A stretch of DNA of 64,000 nt, taken from positions 25,059,783-25,123,782 of the forward strand of contig CM119267.1 of NCBI GenBank assembly GCA_051294375.1, read 5' to 3'. Numbering within the stretch: position 1 is the stretch's first letter; every line of letters starts with the position of its first letter. The stretch comes from Paraspadella gotoi. Taxonomy: Eukaryota > Animalia > Chaetognatha. Shown here piece by piece: positions 49,001 through 59,813 of this stretch. The notes beneath the pieces were generated by a model. It had not been told where the DNA came from. It worked only from the letters and a program-made list of their open reading frames with translations, and did no database searches. The translations under genes were made by a program, and so were the position numbers.

Positions 49001-52000
49001 GCAAGCGTAAGTAATTGCAATGATAAAATAGAAGAAAATTCAAGGCAATCAGTTTCTGCTCTTGGAAAACTGATTTCTATTTCTTACCCGACAGAATTCC
49101 ACCATCGAGAAACATGTCGTGCAAATCCTTCTTCATTAACTGACTAAAGACGAGTTTGGACATTTTGAGTTTGTGTATGGCCGGTTTTAACGCTATGTTA
49201 GCATCTCGATCATCAGCCGCCGTCTCCCTCATTTGTCTGAAGAAAAAATGTAGTGAACATTAAATTCACAATAGGTAAATTCAATTCATTTTATAAACAA
49301 GCTATCTTGCCCCTGACTTTGGACAGGCTTTGGTGGTTTAAGGCCTCCATCACTCTTACAAGATAATGACATAGCTGCAAGCTTTCAATCAAGACTCTCT
49401 CACAGTCTCGTTTATTCAGTCTAGGGCGGAATAAAGTAAAAACTAAGAGTTCTGTAATATAAATAACGTAAGAGCATCCCTGTAGGATGACGAAATTTAA
49501 AAAAAATTGTTTTTCAAAATAAGAATTTTTAAAAACGGATTCGGGTAGAGATTAAAATAATAAATAAAATATATTACTACTAGATTTCCAAATTATTTGG
49601 TTTTATTGCTTAAAAAGAGTAAAAACTATAAAAAATATGGTCCGACGATGATTTTAAATTTAAAGAGTTTTTTCATTATTTGACCCACTTATCATCGAAA
49701 TATTGAAAAACGCATTATACTTTGTGTAGACAACTTTTTATGGGTTATCTGAATCCGTTCTGAAAAAATAAAATTTTTAGAGAAAATAATTTTTATTGCC
49801 TATGCAATATGCATTGATAAATATTTAAATGCTTTAATGTTATACTGTGCTTCACTAGTTAAAAAAGTGATATTAAATATTGATTAAGTATATGATGGAC
49901 AAATGAATTTTATATTACAGAACTCTTAATGATAAAAAGTGATCAATTTTGACCCGCCTTATTATTCACTCCCAGAGTACCTGGCCTCCTTATCAATGAA
50001 GTGGTATAATGTTTCAAAGAATGTTTCAATTGTATGAAAATAAAATGAAAATATAATATTCTTGTGATATAGTAATACTATTTAGGGGTTTTTAACCTGA
50101 TCATTGTGCTGATGTTGTCGTCGATGTCGTTAATAAACTCGACGTCTTTCTTCTTCTTTCTCCGACTGCTCTGCTCTTCCTTCTTCTTGGCCAGCATGAG
50201 ATCAAAGTCAGAGATGAAGTCGGCCTTGTCGATTCCTCGTCCGCCGTCGCCGCCACCCTCGCCGTCCTCAACATCAGAGGCGTCGCTCTCGTCTCCCTGC
50301 AACGACTGGGAGAAAACAATTGTTGTTTAGATTAAATTTACGTAGTTTATTTTGTTTTTCTTCACAAAATACATAAGAAGGCAGATCAAAAGCTTATGTA
50401 TCTTTTTCCTTACCCATAAATTGCTCAGGTCAAATATGATTATTAAAGCGGAGTAAAAATTCTAAATTTAACCCTAATTAAAATTCTAAAAGCGAGGAAT
50501 AAATAATATTGTACTAATAAACATTAAATGTATTAATTAATAAATAAAATTATAATAAATTTTAGAAATTTACACAGTAGGCTATATTTAATTAATATAT
50601 AATAATTAGCATATAAATGTAAAAATTTCAAATCGGTTTTTTGTAAGAATTTTTTACAGATTGGATTTGTCATAAAAAGTTGATAAAAAAAAAAACTAAT
50701 AATAATTAATATTTTCTTTTATCAACTTTTGACCAGGAATTCAAATCTGACATCAAAATTAAGAAAAGCCTATGTTAAAATTTTAAGATTTTATAAAAAT
50801 TAAAAAACAAAAAAAATAATTTTTTTAAATAAATTAATGTTTACTGATGGTACCTTGTTCATAATTGACTTTTAATTTTCATATGTGACTTTCACTACGT
50901 TCTAATGATTATTGATTATTCATTGAGTTCTTCCACACTCTGATCACAAATGAACCGTGCTGGCGCCCACCTTCATAACTTGCGCAGCCTTTTCGTCGCT
51001 GGCGACCTCGGCGTCCGTCCTTCCGTCCGCTTCCTCCCCATCGCCTTCAATATTCTCGGCCAAAGTTTTTCCTTCCTCCTCTTCTTCCTCTCTCCTCTTT
51101 CGCTTCTTCGATCTCTTTTCACCCTCGGCTGCGGCGTCGTCGTCGTCGAACCCGTCAAACCCGTCCTCGTCCTCCGAGGATCCGAAGATCTCATCCAGTT
51201 CGTCGTCGTCGCCCGATTTTTTCGTCTTCTTTATCGTCGTCTTTTCGTCTTCGTCCTGGTCGTCGTCTCCGCTGAGGGCGCGCTTTCTTTTCGCCTCGCC
51301 ATCATCGTCGCTGTCGTCGTTGTCATCGTCGCTTTGAACGGCGCGTTTCTTATTTTTCTTCTTTGTTTTTTTGTCGTCGTCGTCGTCGTCTGCCTCCGAA
51401 TCGGAACGTATGATCTTTTCGACACTATCCTTTATTTTCTTGTTTTCGTCGTCACTTTCGCTGTCGCTGCCAAAGACGTCTTTGTCTATTGCTTTGGCCT
51501 TTCTGGCTTCGTCGTCGTCGTCATCCTCGTCAGAATCGACGGCTCGTCTCTTTTTCTTTTTGTCACTATCATCGTCCTCATCTTCGTCAAAACCTTCGAA
51601 GTCAGAATCATTCTTTTTTTCGGGGGAAGGGCTTTGGGGTTTTCTATCGCTACCAGGAGGACTGCCGCTTTTTCCACTCGCCGGGCTACCAGGAGGACTG
51701 TCGCTCTTACCACTAGCGGGGCTTCCAGGCGGACTACCGCTCTTACCCCTAGCGGGGCTTCCAGGCGGACTACCGCTCTTACCACTAGCGGGGCTTCCAG
51801 GCGGACTACCGCTCTTACCACTAGTGGGGCTTCCAGGCGGACTACCGCTCTTACCACTAGTGGGGCTTCCAGGCGGACTACCGCTCTTACCACTAGCAGG
51901 GCTTCCAGGCGGACTACCGCTCTTAACGCACTACCGGGGCTTCCAGGCGGACTACCACTTTTACCACTAGTGGGGCTTCCAGGTGGACTACCGCTCTATC

Positions 52001-53609
52001 CTAGCGGGGCTTCCAGGCGGACTACCGCTCTTACCACTAGCCAGGCTACCAGGTGGACTGCCACTCCTGGCACTTGTAGGGCTACCAGGTGGACTGCCAC
52101 TTCTACCACTAGCAGGGCTACCAGGTGGACTGCCACTTCTACCACTAGCAGGGCTACCAGGTGGAACTGTCGGTTCTAACCACTAGCAGGGCTACCAGGT
52201 GGACTGCCGCTTCTACCACTAGCGGGGCTACCAGGTGGACTGCCGCTTCTACCACTAGCGGGGCGGATACCATGTGGCCTACCGCTTTTACCACTAGCGG
52301 GACTACCAGGAGGGCTGCCGCTTTTGTGGCTAGTTGGACTTCCATTTTTTTTACTACTATTACTGCCAGCGCTTCCACTTCGATTATTTCCTGGGCTGGC
52401 ACTCGGACTGTGACTTCTACTACGACTGCCACTTTTTGAACGACTGCACGAATTACGCGGACTTCCAGCTTTTAAATTTTGAGGTCTGGGTGATCGGGGT
52501 CTTGTACCATCGCCAGTAAATAGTGGCGCCAGAATGTCTGAATTACCAGCTACACTTGCATGATCTTCCTCAGCCAATGTGATTTGGAGATTATCATAAT
52601 TTTGGTCATCATTTAAAGAACCAGCTGGAACATTTAAATCTTCATAACTTGTAGAACCCTCAAGCTCATGATCAGGTGTAGGACTTTTTTGATGCTTGTC
52701 ATTATCCGATCCAATATTTGGACTTCTTGGTCCTTCAGCACCTGGGTTTTTTGGGTCTTCATCGTCTGATGCAGCAGCTGGACTTTTGGGAGTTTCTTCA
52801 TCCGAAAGAACCTCTCGATTACTTCCGCCTTCATCTGAAGCAGCGTTCGGACTTTCTGGTTCATCATCATCTGATACTTCACCTTTAAGTCCTTCATCAT
52901 CAGACATAGTACCTGGGCTGTTTGGTCCATCATCATCAGACATGGCTGTAGTCCCGTTAGGCTCTTCATCATTATCAGATGCCGCATTAGGACTGGAAAG
53001 GTCATCATGATCAGACTGTGCGTTTGGCTCTTCACCATCTGAATTATCTGCAGAACTGTCTCGGACTTCGTCATCCGAGGCCGCGTTTTCCCCTTCCATT
53101 TCTCGGAATTCCATGGGTCCAGGACTCATGGGACTTCCAACGGGCGCGTCGGGACTTTGGGGATCGTCGTCCATTGGAGATTCCGGACCAGCGGCTTCAT
53201 CGGGGCTCATGGCTTCATCTGACTCTTGACCCCCTTGGCCGCTGCCGACGCTCATGGCGCTGTCGGCTCGCTGGGGGTCAGCCGGGGTCGGTGGTGGCAG
53301 AGAGTCCTTGTCCATCATCCCGGCTCCAGGAGTGTGAGGCGGCGGACTGAAAGGATCCTCGTCGACACGATCCACTCGAGGTGTCGAAACTTCGCCGCTA
53401 GCCGCCCAGGGATTGAAGCCGCCCGCAACGCTGTCTTCGGGCTGATGAGGGTCTGAGGAGTCGAACATGGCGGCGGCGTCGGCAAAGTTTAGACCGCCCA
53501 TGTCGGCCATGTCGTCGAAGCCGGAGACGGGCTGGTGCCGCAAATGGTCATGATCTTCAGTGCCTATGACGGGAGTGTCTGGGGCAGCGATATCGTCAAG
53601 ATTCGACAT
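40027..53609 (-). CDS. IWS1: IWS1 homolog (Spt6-interacting elongation factor, TFIIS N-terminal domain)
   Basis: Exons 53609-50971 (frameshifts inside the repeat), 50296-50097, 49236-49088, 45389-45267, 40658-40405, 40266-40027. Motifs [74 protein letters not shown]. Confidence 0.95.
40770..41830 (+). mobile_element. HINE-like family B copy (opposite orientation) with internal tandem duplications
   Basis: Starts ttttattgtcgcaatcgctttacgtttgcgacga (terminal hairpin); homologous to 46294-47148. Confidence 0.65.
41830..42054 (-). mobile_element. tRNA-derived SINE; a headless relative lies at ~43318-43447 (+)
   Basis: Minus strand: A-box TAGCCGAGTGG, B-box GGATTCGATTCCC, body gtcccaaaa..gagcaatggcttaccgaagggg..gtagccatatg..ccgtctca, then an A-tail. 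Confidence 0.72.
42104..42788 (+). mobile_element. HINE/DINE-1-like family A copy
   Basis: Runs ttttagtcggatctgc ... gtccgtct ... gcagatccgacattgtttgctcaaacttgtt; an extra 3'-end fragment at ~42890-42922. Confidence 0.78.
45041..45080 (-). ncRNA. Minimal type I hammerhead ribozyme (Penelope-type)
   Basis: Minus strand: gcg CTGATGA a gactc gaaaaa gagtc GAAA tat GTC cgt. Complete catalytic core, 5-bp stem II, 1-bp stem III, 3-bp stem I, AATAAA just downstream. Confidence 0.8.
46294..47148 (-). mobile_element. HINE-like family B, intact copy (another at ~54218-54978)
   Basis: aatcttaagagcataaggATCGTCGCAA at one end and hairpin atcgtcgcaaacgcttagcgattgcgacaat at the other; A-run flanks, no TSD. 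Confidence 0.72.
47464..48131 (-). repeat. 400-bp-period duplication, each unit containing a tRNA-like (Met-CAT-like) SINE head
   Basis: Units begin tgggctgaagatgactatcc at 47464 and 47864. Minus strand: gacccggTGGCTCATTGAG...ctcatga...GGGTTCAATCCC. Confidence 0.7.
51650..52330 (-). repeat. 33-bp coding tandem repeat in IWS1 exon 1 (SG[KR]SGSPPGSP[AT])
   Basis: About 20 units of ccactagcggggcttccaggcggactaccgctctta. Confidence 0.92.
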
Positions 53610-55440
53610 GTTGATCGATTGTTTTTTTTATCTTATTCACGATATAAAGTTTTTTCAATATCGCCTTCAAAAATGGTCTTCAATTCAAACGCGGAGTCAT
53701 TCTGCAAGATAAATGGAATTTTCTTGGCTTATCATCGTAAAATAAAAACAAACAAACGCTATGGAACGCGAAAGATAAAAGTTTTTTCAGCTAATAGAAA
53801 CGAGCTCGACAGAATGAACAAAAAAAATCCTGGCTCGGCTGAGTTGACATATGTGCCGAAAATGCCAAAAGAATTTTCCTTTTATTTTATTAGCGAAAAA
53901 TACGCTAGTAAAACTCTATGACGAAATGTAAAATGTAAAACAAGTAAAGACGTGGAAATGGAGTTTACCACTAAAATTTACGAGCGAAAGATCAAAAGAG
54001 AAATAGTGCGAATACTTTGGCGACCAAAGTTTTGTTATCGTTGATGACGAAACGAACGACAGATTTTAACGAATGCTTAAGAAACAAAAATTGGTGCACA
54101 ATCGAATAGAATGATAGAATGGTAATGATTCGTGATAAGCGCAGATATCGTGACAATTTGAAGAAAAACCCTTTCATATCCGACATTACTACAAATAATC
54201 TTAAGTTAAAACAAAAAAATCTTAAAAGCATAAGGATCGTCGCAATCGCATAAGAAAAATCTGGATGGACGACAAATTTTGATACTAAAAAAAATAAAAT
54301 TTGAGAAAAGAAAATAAATTTATAAACAGAAAGAAAAATTATATGGTATAAATTAAAGTTACAGTTTCTAAAAAAAAAAGGAAAAAAAATATTCATTGTC
54401 AAAAAATAAACTAATGAGCAGACGCAGACCCTGAAAAAAAAAAGAAATAAAAACCTGATGTTGCGATAGCAAACTGATAACATGCACGAATAAAAACCCA
54501 GAGAGAAAAAAAGAAAGAAATCAAAAGGCAGCAGCAGAAGCAGCAGGAGAAAAGAGAGATAAAGAACAAGCCCCTGCAGAGCCAGCTGCAGATTCGTTTT
54601 TTTTCCTTATGAAATTGGTACAACCAATATAAAAATTATCTATTCATTTAATAAATATTATGTTATGAATCAGTGACTAGGAAAAAGAGAGAGGGAGAGA
54701 GACATGTAATTAAAAGAGAAAAGAGAGAGAGAGAGAAATATGAAAATAAAAGAGAAAATTTGTTTGTTTTGATAAAACGTAAACAAAACATTTAATAACT
54801 GTCCAGACTCAATTTTAAGCACATCGATGATGAGAAGCTGTATATAAATTTTCAGCTTCATACAATTTAATACAATTTAATTATAAAAAAAGCGATCTAT
54901 AATTTGGAACGCCGACGACAACGACGACGACGCCACTTATGGGCAAAAGCGTTACAATTAGCGTTTGCGACGATAAAAAATTCTTATTTGAATACGATTG
55001 ATGAAACGGATTCATCTTTTCATCGTCGTCTCCTTTTGAACTCATTGTTTAGATTTTTTTCTTTTTATATTGAATCCAAAGTTTCAAATGAGTTTGATTA
55101 AACTTGTTTCAAAAACGCCGAATTGAAGAACAGTCTTGCTTCAAATTTTAATGAATATTAAAAGTACTCGAAATTTATTTGAGGTTGTAAAAACAATTCT
55201 ACTTGCTTCAAATCACAAAATTTATGAAAACAAAGCGAATGAGTCTTTTTCGAATAAAAATTGAAAAGGAGTCATTTTGAAAAGTGGAGAATGAATTAAG
55301 TCGGGATGCGATCGTTGGCAAAGAAAAAGTTTGACATTCATCGATTATTTCCCCCCCTCGACCCCGAGTCCATTGAGAATTGGAATCAGTTAATTGACCA
55401 ATCAAACAACCAGTCTGATCCAGGAAACAGTGTTAACTGA

Positions 55441-56962
55441 TCAGATGTACTTGAGTTGTTCTTCAATGAGTCCGACCTCCTCGAGGAATCCCGCCTTCTT
55501 TCCGATCTTTTCCAGCTCGTCCTGAGTTGGCTGCTTGATGTCGCCCGTTTTGATCCTCTTCTCTAGATCCTCAATCTGGCGGACCTTTGGAAGTAAAAAT
55601 ATTATTAATAACAATTTAATATTAAAATAAAAAAACGAAAAATGCTGAGAAGGAAAAATTCGAGTTCGACAACCACTTACCTTTTTGGTGAGGTTCTTGA
55701 GTCGCTTTTGCAGATCCTTGGCGAAATCATCAGTCGCCGGAGGGACGAGGTCCGAGGCGGCGGCGGCGGCGGCAGGGGCGACGGAAGCGGCGGCGGCGGG
55801 CAGCGGGGCGGCGGATGAGGAGTTAGTCCCCGAAGATGATTTGCGGCCGTTGACGACGGGTAGGAAGCCGGAGGAATCCCGCGTCGGGCTACGGCGGCTG
55901 CGGCGTCGGCGGCAGCGGCAGGAAACGATCGATCAGGAAAAATCTCAGACGCGATTAACAAAATACAAACTCACCCGTTGTTATCCAATCGAACTTTCTG
56001 AACGGCGCGAGTGACTTCGGTCACTAAAATCAAATGAATCAAATGAATCATCAAAACAAACACCAAGAAATTTATTTTGACACATTTTAGCTAAAATAAA
56101 TTTTTTAAAAAAATTCTCACGATAATATGACAAGAACTAATATATATAAATCATAATGTAATATATATAATAAAATATGTATAAAATAGACCACTTCATT
56201 GATAGGGAAGCCAGGTACTTTGGGACTGAATAAACGAGACTGAGAGGGAGGGACCTGCTATGTTATTATCTTGTAAGAGTGATGGAGGCCTTAAACCACA
56301 AAAGCCTGTCCAAAGTCAGGGGCAAGAGAGCTTACTTATTAAATGAATGTATAATTTTTATATTGGTTGTAATTTAAAAAATTTAAACAATGAAACACTC
56401 ATCTCATATGATTAAAAATTTAAAAAAAATACAATTTGGAAATGAGTAAAAAGAGATGGAAGGACCTTTGAGATCATGCGCGGAGAGGGCGGCCTCTTCC
56501 TTGCTCGCTCTCTCTTTTTTCTTTTCCCGCAACTTGGCCTTTTTCCGAGCGTTTTTGGACATGGGCCGATCCTCTTTGCTTCCTTCCACGAAGAGGCATC
56601 CCACGGGGCCGTTCTGTTACGTTCGGGGTTCTCGTGAGATTGACCAGAACGTCTAGAAATGGGCCGTAATCGTTCTACCTGGTATCGCACGGCTTGAGCA
56701 GCGGCGGGAGCGCACTCGTATTTGGCAACCTCGTCTTGAGGCACGTAGCCTGTTTTCAAAATGTGTCCATTTTGATGACCAGGGTACAAGAATGTCCCGA
56801 CCCCTAGATGCTCAACTCACCGTCCTTGACCCTTCTCGGCTTCCGCCACGACCCATCGGGCCGTTTGGAGGCCGCGATGTATTTGGTTCCGTCGTCGTCG
56901 TAAGTGAACTTGGTTCCTTCGATCTCCGTCGATCCGCCGACCGCCGCCGCGACCGCCGCCAT
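55441..56962 (-). CDS. PYM1: Partner of Y14 and Mago (PYM/WIBG)
   Basis: Exons 56962-56821, 56749-56679, 56613-~56466, ~56023-55976, ~55890-55681, ~55584-55441. Signature [20 protein letters not shown]|YVPQDEV and C-terminal KRLKNLTKK|[16 protein letters not shown]. Confidence 0.93.
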
Positions 56963-57215
56963 TTTCCTTCCCCGAGTCAAATTGACGGTCAAAGTTATTG
57001 ATATTGTTATTTTTGTTTTTAAAATCGTCTAAATAGTTCTAGCAGTTATAATTTTTAGAAAAGAAGCCTCTCGATACGCCAAAGAGCAACGTAATTGTTT
57101 GTTTACGTTAAAAAAAAAGTTCTGTGTATAAGAATGGGCATTGGGCAATGGGCATTTAATAAAGGGGGAATATCTGTAAACTCTTTATTGATTGTATTTT
57201 TGAGTATCTTTGTAC

Positions 57216-57470
57216 TATGGCAACAGACGGGTTGCCTGTGATGCCCATTGGGATGGGGCATCTCACTGTTGGCTTTGGGGGCTTCCGACCCTCAGTGACG
57301 CCTCCAGTCACTGGCGCGGTTACCCTAGGACGGTCTCGCTTTGCCAACGCAGAGGGAAGTCATTAGGACTGTGGATGGAAAACTACGCCTGGGATGGTGT
57401 GTTCCCCCTCTGAGCCAATGGATTTGGCTGTAGGATGGTGGACGTGAGGTGGTGTGAATATACCGCCACA
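57216..57470 (-). mobile_element. Solo LTR of the TRIM family at 3742-4482
   Basis: 255 bp, reverse complement of the TRIM LTR with a few substitutions; 4-bp TSD GTAC (57212-57215, 57471-57474). Confidence 0.93.
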
Positions 57471-58206
57471 GTACTGTGATTATTTGTATATCGTCCGTGA
57501 TCATTTGTAACCGCGACCTATGGCCTATCCCCGGCCCGTCTTTTCTGATTAAATCTAGTCTAATCAAATTGGGCATAAACCATGAATAAAGAAAGAAAAT
57601 AAGAAAAAAAAATTGCAGGATCGCGATTGAGTTTTCTCATTTGTCCCTGGAGTAACGACTATACTTCTGAAAAATAGAGCGAAATAAGAAAAAAAAATTT
57701 TAAATTCTCACACAAAACGTCAGTTTTAAACAGCTTAACATTTAAAATAAAACCACAAAATAAAAATCAACGTGAAAAAATCCATCAATACCGTTTCTTT
57801 TAAAAATCTGTCGAGATCCACGCAAAACTTTCGATGACTAGATCACTATCGAAAAGATTTGATGACGATGGTTATTTTGATTTATTATTATTATTATTAT
57901 CATTATTATTATTATTAAAATTATTTAACCATTACATAATTCCAAGCGGGAATGAAAACTAAAGTTAGCCATAGCCGATGAAATTTAAATGCTAATGTAT
58001 ACAGCGTTAAAATAATCTATCATGACCATAGATTATGGTATTAAAATATTTTTTTTCAAATATGCTTTCTTCTGAGGGTACTAGCCTAATTAAAAATATT
58101 ATATTACTATATAGAGCAAAAAAAATTTTTTTTAAATCTTAAAATTTTTTGATGGATTCTGATAGAGCATAAAAAGTTAAACAAGAAATATAATTACTGC
58201 TTTTAA

Positions 58207-59143
58207 GGCCAGGGATCACTCAATCTAAAATTATAGAAATCTTAATTTACTGTATCTTAATCATTTTCTCATATCTTGTAAGAGGTTTTCTATTGAAAAA
58301 TAATCGAAACTTTTAAAATCTAAATAAAATGTTCATAAATATTTAAACAAAATTTTTTCTTCGGTAAAACTAGATTTTCAAGAGAAAAATAATTTTTTAT
58401 ATGTAAGTTAAATTTCTACAACTAAATTTTTAACTCAAACTTGATTCTTTACAGTAAGCTCAATTTCTACTTCTTATATTTAATTCCTCCTTTGGTAAAA
58501 GTATATACTTGGAGTTGTATCACTAATAAGCCTAAAATAAACTAAACACATTTTCCAGACGGGTTTTTATACTTTTATGATTTTAGGAGTTAAAAAACTT
58601 ATCGAATTTATTTCAATTTGACTTTTTACTTTATGTAAATGTTTAATGAGTTTAATGAGTACAGAATTTAACTTTATTGACGAAGTGAAGTTAAAAACGA
58701 AGAGTTGCAGCTCAAACCGTTGGACTCTTCTTGAAGAAAAAAATATCTTGGGCAAGAAAAGAAAGGTGGGGGAGATTCTATGAGCGCGTTTCTGAAAAAA
58801 TGTTTTTCGTTTCAAAGATATCAAGGAATTAATCCCAAAAATTGTTTAAAATAATCAAATTTTATATGAAGGAAGGCAAATTTGAAAATATCTTTTCATA
58901 GAATTGGAGTTCGTGACTTAAAGGTAATTCATGCCAAATTTAATGAGAAACCGCCTTACTGTTTGGGCTGCAACTCTTCAAATAGGTTTCTTTTTTTTAT
59001 ATAGTACAAAAAAATCGAAAAAACGATGACGCCTTTGAAAAAATAGTAAAGTAAATACATTTTCGGAATCGTCAGGAGCTCTCCTTTCGAAATCCGAGCT
59101 CAGTTTTAGTCTAATTATAATTTGAATTGAGTGATCCCGGACC
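58207..59143. mobile_element. Non-autonomous TTAA-targeting DNA transposon (Kolobok-like), nested in the host MITE
   Basis: TTAA on both sides. TIRs ggccagggatcactcaatctaaaattata and ggtccgggatcactcaattcaaattata (reverse complement of the right end). Empty site visible in the paralog at ~30380-30390. Confidence 0.82.
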
Positions 59144-59813
59144 TTAAAAATTCTTACGTTTTCTCAGTGAAAATATAAAAAACTGATAAAATCATTAAAA
59201 GATGATGATGATGATGCTTTTTTACGGTTTTTCTTATTTTTGACACACTTATCGTAAAAATATTTAAAAAAGAATCATACTTTGTGTAGACAACTTTTTA
59301 TGAGCTATCTGAATCTGGTCTTAAAATTAAAAAATTCTAAAAAAAATTTTGGCCTTTCCTATTTATAAATAAATATTAAAAAATTAATTACTAGGGTATA
59401 GAGCCATATTAGAAATTTTTTGTCCATTGAAAGTATTCTTAAAAATGTCTAAATATTCGTTTGAGCATGTACTCGCTCTAAATTTTGACTCACCCCATTG
59501 AGTGCGGCTACCCCTACTAAAGTAATCCTCGAATAAACAATCTTTCAAAATTAATGTAAGCGAATTTATAATTAATATATATAGCGTCCACGTCAAAATC
59601 TTTTCAACAAACGTAACTTCCATAATATATATCCCGCGGACTAGAGCAAAACGCGCCGATAAGCTATTCTCTTTCTAAATTATACAAATTTTGGATTAAC
59701 TAAATTTAAATGGTAACAGTTAAATTATTAAACATAATAAACATGATAACAGTAGCGACATATAAATGTTAAAGCAACAACTCGTTTTAAGCGAGGAGGA
59801 ATACATTTATCTT

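Noticed and set aside
51900-52200. IWS1 pseudogene or programmed frameshift
   Set aside because: The indels lie in a tandem repeat of an indel-noisy assembly and the conserved exons are intact.
50950-52439. 409-aa and other + strand ORFs
   Set aside because: Antisense shadows of the IWS1 acidic region and 33-bp repeat.
59058-59080. CTGACGA-ttcc-GAAA on the minus strand
   Set aside because: No room for stem II; an internal motif of the DNA transposon.
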